A stretch of DNA of 64,000 bases, from IMG/VR virus record IMGVR_UViG_3300036770_005357; one strand, written 5' to 3'. A program made the position numbers and the translations under genes. Of this stretch, positions 1 to 8,966 are shown piece by piece. Within the stretch, counting starts at the first letter, position 1. Every line of letters starts with the position of its first letter. The stretch comes from a virus. Taxonomy: Duplodnaviria; Caudoviricetes. The notes under the pieces were generated by a model that was not told the origin of the DNA, searched no databases, and was given only the letters and a program-made list of their open reading frames with translations.

Positions 1-1
1 A

Positions 2-118
2 AGAATCGGATACAGTACTGTAGAAGTTTATTTAAAGTCGCATGATGTGAATAAGATAACAAAGAAGGATGTTACTTCTGCTAAACATTATGATGAATTG
101 ATAAAGGGTGATGAGTGA
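2..118 (+). CDS. C-terminal fragment of a pterin-4a-carbinolamine dehydratase-like protein (truncated by window edge)
   Basis: Manual translation from nt 2: RIGYSTVEVYLKSHDVNKITKKDVTSAKHYDELIKGDE*, matching the PCD C-terminal pattern Y..V.V.L.(T/S)HD...IT.KD...A...D. Confidence 0.55.
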   Translation, partial: RIGYSTVEVYLKSHDVNKITKKDVTSAKHYDELIKGDE

Positions 119-247
119 CGAGGTACTAGTATTTGGAGTGTTGTTACCTCTTTTTATTTGTATTGGTATAGTTCTTTATAATTTGATTTTTTATATTTTA
201 AATAACTACACGAATGTTGGTGTAGAAGATAGATATAAGAAACGCAA

Positions 248-664
248 ATGAGTTTCTTGGATGACATAGTTAAACAATATCCTATAAAAAACAATCAGTG
301 GAAATTTGTAAGTGATGATGATTTATCGTTGTTTTTTTATATTAATACCGAGATACATTATTCTAATTTACCCGAAGGAATTTATAGTGATGTCACGAGA
401 TATTTTGTAAGGAAAATTTATCCGTTGAATTATAAAATATCAAATGTTAAATTAGAAAAGTCGTTGAGGTTAGATCCTTGGAACAGAGAATTCAAATGTT
501 TTCCGTTTGATAAGTGTGTGGGAAACAATGTGTATGGTTGGGACGGCGATGTTTACGGATGGATTGCTATAAGAGATGTAGCTTATGAAAATGAAAGAGC
601 TTATGTAATTACAACAACCGTTAATAATAAAAAGGTATATTGTTTAGATATATTGAGGGGATAA
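248..664 (+). CDS. hypothetical protein
   Basis: 138-aa ORF, co-oriented and abutting the next gene. Confidence 0.6.
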   Translation: MSFLDDIVKQYPIKNNQWKFVSDDDLSLFFYINTEIHYSNLPEGIYSDVTRYFVRKIYPLNYKISNVKLEKSLRLDPWNREFKCFPFDKCVGNNVYGWDGDVYGWIAIRDVAYENERAYVITTTVNNKKVYCLDILRG

Positions 665-669
665 TAGTC

Positions 670-1041
670 ATGGAATATTTTATTGATAAAAGACTTTATA
701 TAAGTAACGGCAAAAAAGGTAGAGGTATATACACAAACGAACATATACCGGTTGATACCATAATAGAATATAGTCCAGTGATTACAAATTATGTTACTAG
801 TTGGCAAGATACGCCGTATGAACTTAAAAAAATGGCATTTAGTTTTCCTCAAGGAAGTGACAATTATGTAATCGCATTGGGTTATATTTGTTTATATAAT
901 CACGACGATAACAACAATGCACATTGGTATACTGATGAAGGTGGTGTTATTATAAAAACTGTTAGAGATATTAATATTGGCGAAGAAGTTTGTATACATT
1001 ATGGAGATGCATATTGGAGCGGTGGATGGCCAAAATATTAA
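670..1041 (+). CDS. SET-domain protein (lysine methyltransferase-like)
   Basis: KGRGIYT motif, LYNHDD (NHS equivalent), RDINIGEEVCIHYG..YW; ATG at 670 preferred over the track start at 640. Confidence 0.85.
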   Translation: MEYFIDKRLYISNGKKGRGIYTNEHIPVDTIIEYSPVITNYVTSWQDTPYELKKMAFSFPQGSDNYVIALGYICLYNHDDNNNAHWYTDEGGVIIKTVRDINIGEEVCIHYGDAYWSGGWPKY

Positions 1042-1088
1042 AAATATTTAAATTGTCGGTAATTTAAATTAATATATATTGACATATT

Positions 1089-1154
1089 GTTCTTGTGTTC
1101 AGACTAGTTTTTTATAATTAATTTGTTATAAACGATTAGTCTGTATACACGAAC
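1089..1154 (+). promoter_or_regulatory. long imperfect hairpin filling the leader of the 1030-aa gene
   Basis: Core 1100-1143 CAGACTAG...TTAGTCTG (~18 bp incl. G-U), extended by GTGT/ACAC and GTTC/GAAC to 1 nt before the ATG at 1156. Confidence 0.55.
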
Positions 1155-1155
1155 T

Positions 1156-4100
1156 ATGAAAGTTTTAAATTTATTAAAATTGTTTATTGCATTGTTATTT
1201 TTGATTGTTAATATCAATGCACAGGTTGTAACAAATACAGCCACATTGTATTCATCGGTAACTCAAGCTGATAATACTATTGTTCCTTCTGTACCCATAC
1301 CAATTACAATTGTCAGAACGAATGGAAGAATAGCAGAAATTTCTTTGAATATTGGTAATGTTTCACAGAATGCAAAACAAATTAATTTAAGGGTATATGA
1401 ATTAATTTATACCACAAATGTTGTTGAGTCACCGCTCACAAATTCTACTACAACCGGTGGAAGCACTGGTGGTACAACGGGCGGAAGTACTGGAGGTACA
1501 ACAGACGGTGGCACGACGGGTGGAAGCACTGGAAGTACCGGAGGTACAACGGATGGAGGTACAACAGACGGTGGCACGACGGGTGGAAGCACTGGAAGTA
1601 CCGGAGGTACAACGGATGGAGGTACAACAGACGGAACAACGGGTGGTTCTACTGGTGGAAGCACCGGAAGCACTGGTGGAAGCACTGGTGGTACAATATC
1701 AACAAATTATGTATATGTAACAAATAATGTTACACTAAATGTTACATTACAAACACAAACTGGTACAACGAACGATGTACAGATACCTGCTCAAACTATT
1801 TGGCATAACGATAAATTAGAAAACATATTGTTTGATATAACGAGTTTACCGGCTGATGCAATTATTGTACGGTTTAGAATATTGGATTACATTTACGACG
1901 AAAATGGTAATTTAGTTGGGCCACAAGGTTCAGGCACAAATAGTGGAGGTACCGGAACAGGTGGATCTGGTACAGGTACCGGAGGAAGTGATACGGGTGG
2001 ATCTGGTACAGGTACTGGCGGTGGCACAATTAGCCCACCACCACCTTCAGCGGATGCTGTACAATTTCCAGTTGAAGTACTTGGTGCTGATCAACATACA
2101 GAAGAATTTAAATTGGTTCTTAATGATAATTTAAATGATATCTACGGCGCAAGATTCACTATACACGGTTTAGGATTTACAAATAAAGCCTCGGTTAGTA
2201 TTAATGGATCACAATGGATTCCATTAAATAACAGAACGGTTATATTTCCAAGAAAATTTGAAAGAATATGGGTCGGAATTGGTGGTTTTCAAAACACATT
2301 AACAATGGTATTACCATTTGCCAGTAACAACATTATTCCTAGCGTAACTAATACGATTAAATTTAAGTTTAATGATATCACAAAACAAACCGTTGGATAT
2401 AGAGTATTAAATGCTGATATTGTAAGAAGACAGGATACCGCTGAAAAAGAATATACATTTGGACATCTTACAGGCAGGTTTTATACAAATACAGTTTATA
2501 ACTACACGCCTACAACACTTGCTACAACCAAGGTTATTGATGATCCTAAAAATTGGACTCCAGCATCAAGTGATCCTGTCGTAATTAATCAAGGAAAAGA
2601 TTTGTGGTTTAATGGTAATATTTCAGAACGAGGAGTCGCTTTAAATGCTAAGTGTGGTGATTGTCATTTTACAGACGGATATGATTTGAAGTATTTCAAT
2701 TATAGTGATAAATCAATTATAGCACGAAGTAAATATCATGGTTTGAGCGAGCAACAAGGTTTAGCATTAGCATCTTATATTCGTAGTTTGGATGTGCCAT
2801 ATCAAGAAAAAGGCAGACCTTGGAATCCACTTTATCAACCCGGACCCGGCATGAGTACTGTGCCAATTGACAATTGGGCTGCTGGTGCAGGCATGGATTG
2901 GGTATTAGATGATGATATAAAATCATTTAATTATATTTTTCCTAACGGAACACAAGATGGAATTGTATACAATGGTGTAGTTCAACCAATAGACATAAAC
3001 AAAGCATACAACATTCATGAAATACCAATTGCAATGCAACTGCCAGATTGGAATCATTGGTTGCCTAAAGTTCATTTGAAAGATAGTGCGCCTGAAATCT
3101 GGGATTGGAGTTTGACGAAAGATGGTGGCAGTGGTCGTAGATTCTTTGATTGGTTTATGGGTAGTATACCAAAAGATCAAGGAATGAAAGGTCTTGTTCA
3201 AATAATGAGATCATATGGAGAAAATACTGGTTATCAGTTGGTTCACATGGATCAATTCTTTCAGAAGAAATATTTTGATGCTGGAAAACGAATTCAATTC
3301 ATGAATGACATAAGAATGGCGTATCGTCATTGGGTAACCGTAAGAACATTAGAAATCATGCAAAAATGGAAGATGCAAGATTTGGGTCATGATATTCTTG
3401 AAGATAATGCTAATACAAGAGATCAATGGGGAGAAAGAGGAGCAAGATCATATATTGATTTAGGTAAGTTAGATAAAATCAAAGCACAATTTGGTAACAG
3501 TTATACGAATGTATTCAATGATAGAAGATGGTTTGCGAACAGTTTGCCTTTCCATCTAGCTCCACACATTGGAAATCTTGTAGCAGTGACGGATCAAAAC
3601 GATCCTAATTTCACTTATGAACCTTATGGTGATCAGTCTCCACAATGGTATCAACTACAAATGTATCTTGATGATAGCAATAGAATGCCAGAATATAACA
3701 TAATTGATTGGGGATATTTACATAACTTCTTGTGGGGAGCAACAAGTCAATGGGGACAATTAGCAAACTACAGTTTATATACAGGTAAACACAATGCTTT
3801 ACAATTCATAAACACTTTAAAATCATATGAAGCATATGCATTTAATGGAGATTACAAAGGTTTGCTTGAAGGGCTTTTAGATGATCATCATCCGCACATA
3901 AGATTATTTGGAGGTACTGTTCTTTTACATGCCGATAGTTCAAGTGCAAATAAATTTAATGAGTTCACAATGCATTATATTGATGCGTTACATACAAAAG
4001 AAAAGAAAGACATGATGGTCGGCATGTACAATCAAATACATAAAATACAAATAGATGTATTAGAACAAAATCCACAGATTGCTGACTATAATAATCTTAC

Positions 4101-4248
4101 AATGTCCGAAAACTTTTTAAGATACATGGGCGGTGATCCAAGTCTAATTCAAAGATTTGTTAATTTCAGAAAATCAAAATGGCCTAATGATACTTGGACA
4201 AGTCAGATCAAACATCTTTGGCCTCAACCATTCTATCCAGCATTGTAA
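1156..4248 (+). CDS. secreted multi-domain protein with G/T/S linkers and a c-type heme-binding motif (CxxCH)
   Basis: Signal peptide MKVLNLLKLFIALLFLIVNINA|Q; CGDCH at nt 2653-2667; GGST/GGTT low-complexity linkers. Confidence 0.75.
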   Translation: MKVLNLLKLFIALLFLIVNINAQVVTNTATLYSSVTQADNTIVPSVPIPITIVRTNGRIAEISLNIGNVSQNAKQINLRVYELIYTTNVVESPLTNSTTTGGSTGGTTGGSTGGTTDGGTTGGSTGSTGGTTDGGTTDGGTTGGSTGSTGGTTDGGTTDGTTGGSTGGSTGSTGGSTGGTISTNYVYVTNNVTLNVTLQTQTGTTNDVQIPAQTIWHNDKLENILFDITSLPADAIIVRFRILDYIYDENGNLVGPQGSGTNSGGTGTGGSGTGTGGSDTGGSGTGTGGGTISPPPPSADAVQFPVEVLGADQHTEEFKLVLNDNLNDIYGARFTIHGLGFTNKASVSINGSQWIPLNNRTVIFPRKFERIWVGIGGFQNTLTMVLPFASNNIIPSVTNTIKFKFNDITKQTVGYRVLNADIVRRQDTAEKEYTFGHLTGRFYTNTVYNYTPTTLATTKVIDDPKNWTPASSDPVVINQGKDLWFNGNISERGVALNAKCGDCHFTDGYDLKYFNYSDKSIIARSKYHGLSEQQGLALASYIRSLDVPYQEKGRPWNPLYQPGPGMSTVPIDNWAAGAGMDWVLDDDIKSFNYIFPNGTQDGIVYNGVVQPIDINKAYNIHEIPIAMQLPDWNHWLPKVHLKDSAPEIWDWSLTKDGGSGRRFFDWFMGSIPKDQGMKGLVQIMRSYGENTGYQLVHMDQFFQKKYFDAGKRIQFMNDIRMAYRHWVTVRTLEIMQKWKMQDLGHDILEDNANTRDQWGERGARSYIDLGKLDKIKAQFGNSYTNVFNDRRWFANSLPFHLAPHIGNLVAVTDQNDPNFTYEPYGDQSPQWYQLQMYLDDSNRMPEYNIIDWGYLHNFLWGATSQWGQLANYSLYTGKHNALQFINTLKSYEAYAFNGDYKGLLEGLLDDHHPHIRLFGGTVLLHADSSSANKFNEFTMHYIDALHTKEKKDMMVGMYNQIHKIQIDVLEQNPQIADYNNLTMSENFLRYMGGDPSLIQRFVNFRKSKWPNDTWTSQIKHLWPQPFYPAL
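1491..1634 (+). repeat. 63-bp perfect tandem repeat (~2.3 copies) encoding a GGTTD/GST linker
   Basis: 1501-1563 is identical to 1564-1626 and the period continues into both flanks. Confidence 0.9.
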
Positions 4249-4254
4249 AAAGTA

Positions 4255-4283
4255 TTGACACGGTTGAAACATTGTTGTATAGT
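4255..4283 (+). promoter_or_regulatory. sigma70-type promoter
   Basis: TTGACA-N17-TATAGT directly after the stop of the upstream gene, 9 nt before ATG 4293. Confidence 0.8.
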
Positions 4284-4292
4284 TTATCTAAT

Positions 4293-4577
4293 ATGACAAA
4301 GCCAATTAATGTTTCAACCGATATCAAAATCAACATCAAGGGTAATGAGTTCACGCTTTCAAAAGATGAAGCAAGTCAACTGATTACATCACTCAAGCGT
4401 GAACTTAATGTTTTAGACTATGATGCACAGTCTGTACCACAATATCCAATTAGTCCGTGGCCGGATTGCTCTACATTAGCTTATAGGAATGATCCAGCTT
4501 GGACTAAGCAAATCAATACAGATAATCCTGTTAGCATAAATGGTGTACATACAAACACTTATACATTTAATGCATAA
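4293..4577 (+). CDS. hypothetical protein (paralog of 5590..5970)
   Basis: ATG after promoter; IKINIKGNEFTLSKDEASQL resembles VKINDVEYALTSGEANAL. Confidence 0.6.
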   Translation: MTKPINVSTDIKINIKGNEFTLSKDEASQLITSLKRELNVLDYDAQSVPQYPISPWPDCSTLAYRNDPAWTKQINTDNPVSINGVHTNTYTFNA

Positions 4578-4579
4578 TT

Positions 4580-4834
4580 ATGACATTATTTAGTAGAATG
4601 AGTAAGGATGTTGAACCTTATAAGAAGTTTGAGGTAGAACTAAATCTTCCACATATTTGTTGTACTAACAAACCTTCTCGTAAAGAAGATTGTTGGATGG
4701 AAACGGAAGATTATAGAAATGTTGTGATGTTATTTGAAACGGGTATTCGTTATGTTTCTTCTAAGGGATATTTCTTTTTTAGCTTGTCAATATTTGGATT
4801 TGGGTTTAGCATAGTGAGACAAAATGAATACTGA
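4580..4834 (+). CDS. hypothetical protein
   Basis: 84-aa ORF in a tightly packed operon. Confidence 0.55.
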   Translation: MTLFSRMSKDVEPYKKFEVELNLPHICCTNKPSRKEDCWMETEDYRNVVMLFETGIRYVSSKGYFFFSLSIFGFGFSIVRQNEY

Positions 4835-5171
4835 TTTTATGTTTCGGGTATGGGATGTTGTCAACAAGTGTTATGTTGATAGCAAGCAAAATATTTTAGT
4901 TATTGATAGTAATGGTTATTTGCTTATCAATGAGATGCCAGTAGATGATGATAAGTATATTATAGAGAAGTGTACTGGATACAAGTGTGTTGACGGCAAC
5001 TATTTGTATGAAGGAGATTATGTTGAATGGAAATTAGGTTTGAAGATGGTACAGGCACGAATTTTGTTTCAACATTTTTGTTTTTGGGTGTATGAAATTA
5101 GGGGTGGGTGTATGTTATTTAGTCAACAACAGTATAAGTTGATTGGTAACAAAAATACTAACCCTATTTGA
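4824..5171 (+). CDS. YopX-like protein
   Basis: FRVWD ... EKCTGYKCVDGNYLYEGDYVE ... KLIGN pattern. Confidence 0.75.
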   Translation: MNTDFMFRVWDVVNKCYVDSKQNILVIDSNGYLLINEMPVDDDKYIIEKCTGYKCVDGNYLYEGDYVEWKLGLKMVQARILFQHFCFWVYEIRGGCMLFSQQQYKLIGNKNTNPI

Positions 5172-5205
5172 TTGACCGTTTACAATTATATGGTATGATG
5201 TAATT

Positions 5206-5577
5206 ATGATTAAAGTTGTTATAAATGCAAAATATGGTGGATTTGGATTGAGTCACGAAGCTATTATGCGATATGCTGAGCTTAAGGGATTGAAGATAGT
5301 GACTGAGGGTGTTAGGTATGATAGTATGACTGGCAAACCTATATATAGTAATTACTATATTGACAGTGTGAAGGAGGAGAACTATTTTAGTGTATATGAT
5401 TTTGAAGATAGGACTGACGCAGTACTTGTACAGGTTGTAGAGGAATTGGGTGAATTGGCTAATGGACCGCATGCCAAGCTTAAGGTGGTAGAGATACCTG
5501 ATGATGTGGAATGTTGGAAAATTGAAGAGTATGATGGATGGGAAAGTGTGCATGAATGTCATAGGGTGTTTAACTGA
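5206..5577 (+). CDS. conserved phage hypothetical protein
   Basis: KVVINAKYGGFGLS ... R.D..LVQVVEELG..ANG.HAKLKVVEIPDDV...IEEYDGWE pattern familiar from phage genomes. Confidence 0.7.
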   Translation: MIKVVINAKYGGFGLSHEAIMRYAELKGLKIVTEGVRYDSMTGKPIYSNYYIDSVKEENYFSVYDFEDRTDAVLVQVVEELGELANGPHAKLKVVEIPDDVECWKIEEYDGWESVHECHRVFN

Positions 5578-5589
5578 TTTATATAAATT

Positions 5590-5970
5590 ATGAATATGAA
5601 TAATATTAAAGTGACGCAAACAATTAATGTAAAGATTAATGATGTTGAATATGCATTAACATCCGGTGAAGCAAATGCATTATATAATGCGTTGGGTACT
5701 GTTTTGAATTTACATAAGCCATTGAGTATTCCGGATAAATATCCTATATATACTCCGTATGATATTTGGCGTGGTATTCCGCCTGTGACTTCTACTGAAA
5801 CTCCTCCTATGAATCTTTGTTCTAATGGAGAAACAGGCACTCCTCCTATCAATCAGTATAGTTGGAATAATGCTACTGCTGAAGAACGAAAAGAACGCCA
5901 TGACAGGGGTCTTTTTGCAAATAATCTTCCTCCTACAGGTTTTCCCAATCATATGTGTACAAATCATTGA
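5590..5970 (+). CDS. hypothetical protein (paralog of 4293..4577)
   Basis: Shared N-terminal module and Pro-rich tail. Confidence 0.6.
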   Translation: MNMNNIKVTQTINVKINDVEYALTSGEANALYNALGTVLNLHKPLSIPDKYPIYTPYDIWRGIPPVTSTETPPMNLCSNGETGTPPINQYSWNNATAEERKERHDRGLFANNLPPTGFPNHMCTNH

Positions 5971-5978
5971 TTATCAAT

Positions 5979-6200
5979 ATGAAAGCGACATTAGAGTATA
6001 ATTTACCGGAGGAACAAGATTTATATATTGGCGCTTGTCAAGGTGTAAATATAAAGAATGTTGTGCGTGATATTGACAATGAGATGCGAAATTGGTTAAA
6101 GCATGGCCATTCATTTAAGAGTGCTGATGAAGCGCTTGAAAAAGTGAGACAGATGTTGTATGATGATTTGAATCGTTATGGTATAAATTTGCATGAGTAA
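5979..6200 (+). CDS. conserved phage hypothetical protein
   Basis: MKATLEYNLPEEQ start motif. Confidence 0.6.
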   Translation: MKATLEYNLPEEQDLYIGACQGVNIKNVVRDIDNEMRNWLKHGHSFKSADEALEKVRQMLYDDLNRYGINLHE

Positions 6201-6549
6201 TTTTGTATTTAGAATTTGGGATAAACAATCTCAAAAATATGTAATGACCGGCGCACTTTATGGTTGTGAAGGTGTTGCCGGTTTATCCACTTATTTCAAT
6301 CGTAAAACACATATTGTACAACAATTTAGTGGATTGACTGATGTAAATGGTGAGAAGATTTTTGAAGGCGATGTATTAAAATATGGAACTAAGTTGGGCA
6401 TTGTTAATTTTAGTTATGGCTGTTTTTATGTTGAAAATGTTGCATTGAACGAGTATATTTGCAGTGAAATTTCTGCTTCAATGGATTATCCGTGGATTGA
6501 ATTAGAAAAATTTGGTAATGTATTAGAACATCCTGAATTGATTAAATGA
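6193..6549 (+). CDS. YopX-like protein
   Basis: FRIWDK ... QQFSGLTDVNGEKIFEGDVL ... GNVLEHPELI. Confidence 0.85.
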   Translation: MSNFVFRIWDKQSQKYVMTGALYGCEGVAGLSTYFNRKTHIVQQFSGLTDVNGEKIFEGDVLKYGTKLGIVNFSYGCFYVENVALNEYICSEISASMDYPWIELEKFGNVLEHPELIK

Positions 6550-6881
6550 ACGGTACTGAAACAAAAGATACTTCAATTATTCCGGTTGGTGTGTATTGTT
6601 ATACATGGAATGAATTACCTAGTGAAAAGAATAATTTTCGTGGTACGATTAATAAGTGTCCATATTTGAAGCGAGAAAATGTAAATGGAGTGGAATTTCC
6701 TTGGTGTGATTATCTTGAAAAGGGGGGATTTCCCAATGGTGGTAAATGGGCGGGTTGGGAAGATGAAGTTGTTGCTGAAAAAACTTTGATTGAACATTTT
6801 GGAAGTGAAGAGAAGATGAATGAAAAATTATCGTTGTCTCTTTTGTTTGACTTATGTAAGGAATGTAACATAAATGAATAA
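6546..6881 (+). CDS. hypothetical protein, Cys-containing
   Basis: 111-aa ORF with an ATGA overlap; IPVGVYCY...KCPY...WCDYL...DLCKECNIN. Confidence 0.6.
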   Translation: MNGTETKDTSIIPVGVYCYTWNELPSEKNNFRGTINKCPYLKRENVNGVEFPWCDYLEKGGFPNGGKWAGWEDEVVAEKTLIEHFGSEEKMNEKLSLSLLFDLCKECNINE

Positions 6882-6901
6882 ATGAAAGTGTAATCTTTTA
6901 C

Positions 6902-6930
6902 TTGACTTGTTATAAAGTGTGTGGTAAAGT
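6902..6930 (+). promoter_or_regulatory. sigma70-type promoter
   Basis: TTGACT-N17-TAAAGT with TG extension; near-identical to the element at 10921. Confidence 0.7.
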
Positions 6931-6939
6931 GTTATAACA

Positions 6940-7161
6940 ATGAAACGGGGACCAACAAAAAATACACTAGCATTTAGAGCTTTAATGTCTGCTGAAGAAG
7001 AGCAGCGTAAATTGACACTTGAGGAAGCTATCTTAATTCAAGGTAGTCGTGATTATTCACGGTTTAGCATTGGAGGCGATATTCTTACTCCTGACGAGCT
7101 GATTGAATATCAATACCAACGAATGCTTGAGAAAAACGCTCGTAAACAACAAACGAATTAA
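6940..7161 (+). CDS. hypothetical protein
   Basis: 73-aa ORF following promoter. Confidence 0.55.
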   Translation: MKRGPTKNTLAFRALMSAEEEQRKLTLEEAILIQGSRDYSRFSIGGDILTPDELIEYQYQRMLEKNARKQQTN

Positions 7162-7163
7162 AT

Positions 7164-7397
7164 ATGAAATCATTTAACAAACCGTTTTTACAATTATTGG
7201 AGATTGTAACTGATAAAGAACGCAGCAATGTTTTAACCGCAGAAAAAACTGTGGATATTATAGAACGAGACAACAGTGTTATTACAGGTTTTGTTGTAAC
7301 CGACAAATATGGTGATGTAGGCATCATTGATAAAGGTGCGGTAAAATGGATTGGCAAACAAGAATTCTTTGTTATGATGCAAGAAAAAACTAATTAG
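7164..7397 (+). CDS. hypothetical protein
   Basis: 77-aa ORF in operon. Confidence 0.55.
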   Translation: MKSFNKPFLQLLEIVTDKERSNVLTAEKTVDIIERDNSVITGFVVTDKYGDVGIIDKGAVKWIGKQEFFVMMQEKTN

Positions 7398-7420
7398 AAA
7401 GTTAAATGATATTGTAACTT

Positions 7421-7810
7421 ATGAGTGACCGTTTTAAATTTCGTATTTATTCTTTTCTAGAGAAGTCTTTCTACTTTTTCTCTATTGGAGATGGTGAAGA
7501 TGGTTATCCTCAAGGACTTGCTGGTGGTGTTAGTGAAATACAACAATATACAGGCTTAAAAGATAAAAATGGTAAAGACATTTATGAAGGTGATATTGTT
7601 AAAACGCTAGACAAAGACGCTATATCAGCAATATTCGTTAATTATACAGTGTATACCCGTGGTGTTATTACATGGTTACGCGAGGGATTTTGTATTTCTC
7701 AACCATATATTGGTAGCAACGAATTGCACAATTATACTCACTGTGATTGTTGTGACTGTGATTTGGAGATCATTGGCAATATATTTGAGAACAAAGAATT
7801 ATTAAGTTAA
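7421..7810 (+). CDS. YopX-like protein
   Basis: KFRIY ... QQYTGLKDKNGKDIYEGDIV ... EIIGNIFENKELL. Confidence 0.9.
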   Translation: MSDRFKFRIYSFLEKSFYFFSIGDGEDGYPQGLAGGVSEIQQYTGLKDKNGKDIYEGDIVKTLDKDAISAIFVNYTVYTRGVITWLREGFCISQPYIGSNELHNYTHCDCCDCDLEIIGNIFENKELLS

Positions 7811-7811
7811 T

Positions 7812-8027
7812 ATGAATAAAAGTGTTACTGAATTGTGTGCCGATTATCCCAATTTGGCAGAATATATTGTTCAATTGGAGAAACGAGAAAATAAACTTCT
7901 TAGAATTTTATATATGATTCGTAGTGGGAATGCTCCCCTATATGACTCTGATGATGCTATTAATTTTCAAAACGAAGTGGATGATATACTTGACCCGTGG
8001 ATTAGAAAAAATATTAATAAAGTATGA
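7812..8027 (+). CDS. hypothetical protein
   Basis: 71-aa ORF in operon. Confidence 0.5.
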   Translation: MNKSVTELCADYPNLAEYIVQLEKRENKLLRILYMIRSGNAPLYDSDDAINFQNEVDDILDPWIRKNINKV

Positions 8028-8452
8028 ATAACCGATTTAAATTTAGAGTGTGGGATAAAATAAATAATTCATTCTTTATCAATGAAGAAACTAAGGATGT
8101 ATATTTTGATATATGGCAATGGACAGATAAAATGTCAACTTGCTTAAAATATCCAATAGAAGACTGTATTTTTCAACAATATACAGGCTTAAAAGATAAA
8201 AATGGTAAAGAAATTTACGAAGGTGATATTATTCGCGGAATGTTTGATTTTGGACCTGCTGGTTTCACGGAAGAAATTCTACCTATAAATTGGCATAGTG
8301 AAAAAGGTTATCAATGGGAATATTGGCAGTTAATAACAATTGAAGTTGTGGGTAATATTTTTCAATATCCATGTAAACCCGACCATAATGGTGAATGTAT
8401 TATTTGCGATTGTTGGTTGATAGATTGTCCGATTTTGAATAAAAGTAAATAA
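8024..8452 (+). CDS. YopX-like protein with Cys-rich C-terminal tail
   Basis: KFRVWDK ... QQYTGLKDKNGKEIYEGDII ... EVVGNIF; tail CKPDHNGECIICDCWLIDCP. Confidence 0.9.
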   Translation: MNNRFKFRVWDKINNSFFINEETKDVYFDIWQWTDKMSTCLKYPIEDCIFQQYTGLKDKNGKEIYEGDIIRGMFDFGPAGFTEEILPINWHSEKGYQWEYWQLITIEVVGNIFQYPCKPDHNGECIICDCWLIDCPILNKSK

Positions 8453-8454
8453 TT

Positions 8455-8727
8455 ATGAAATATAAAGTTACATATTATGATTATGATACTGATTCAACGA
8501 TAACTAAAAATTGTATTGATATTGATTATAATACTATTGATAAAACTTTTAGTTTTTATCCAGTAGACGACCCTCCTCGTATTTATAGATCTGTTGTTAT
8601 TGACCATCCAGTAGTTAGTATTTATCAAAATGATCGTGGGCTTAGAATTACTGTAGATGGTTATCAATGTATAAAATCAGGTGGCTATTGGAAAACAAAA
8701 ACAATTATTGAAAGTGCGGATAAATAA
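8455..8727 (+). CDS. hypothetical protein
   Basis: 90-aa ORF in operon. Confidence 0.5.
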   Translation: MKYKVTYYDYDTDSTITKNCIDIDYNTIDKTFSFYPVDDPPRIYRSVVIDHPVVSIYQNDRGLRITVDGYQCIKSGGYWKTKTIIESADK

Positions 8728-8729
8728 CT

Positions 8730-8966
8730 ATGAGTGCATTTAAGTATAAAAAAGTAAAAGATTATAAAGTTGAAGTACGAACCAAAACCAATGTTAGTAT
8801 TGCAAGTATAGAACGAGATGTTGATGGTTATTTTTATTTTTGGATGGATGAAAGTATTAATGGAGCTTGGACTTCAAATACTTTAAGAGAAATTGCAAAT
8901 AAACTTGACGAACTCAACAAAGAGTGGGATACTACTATTAAAAGAGAATTCTCCGGGGAAAAATGA
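8730..8966 (+). CDS. conserved phage hypothetical protein
   Basis: DVDGYFYFW...GAWTSNTLREIANKLDELNKEWD pattern. Confidence 0.6.
   Translation: MSAFKYKKVKDYKVEVRTKTNVSIASIERDVDGYFYFWMDESINGAWTSNTLREIANKLDELNKEWDTTIKREFSGEK

Noticed and set aside
1079-1107. TTGACA as a -35 box for the 1030-aa gene
   Set aside because: No acceptable -10 at 16-18 nt spacing
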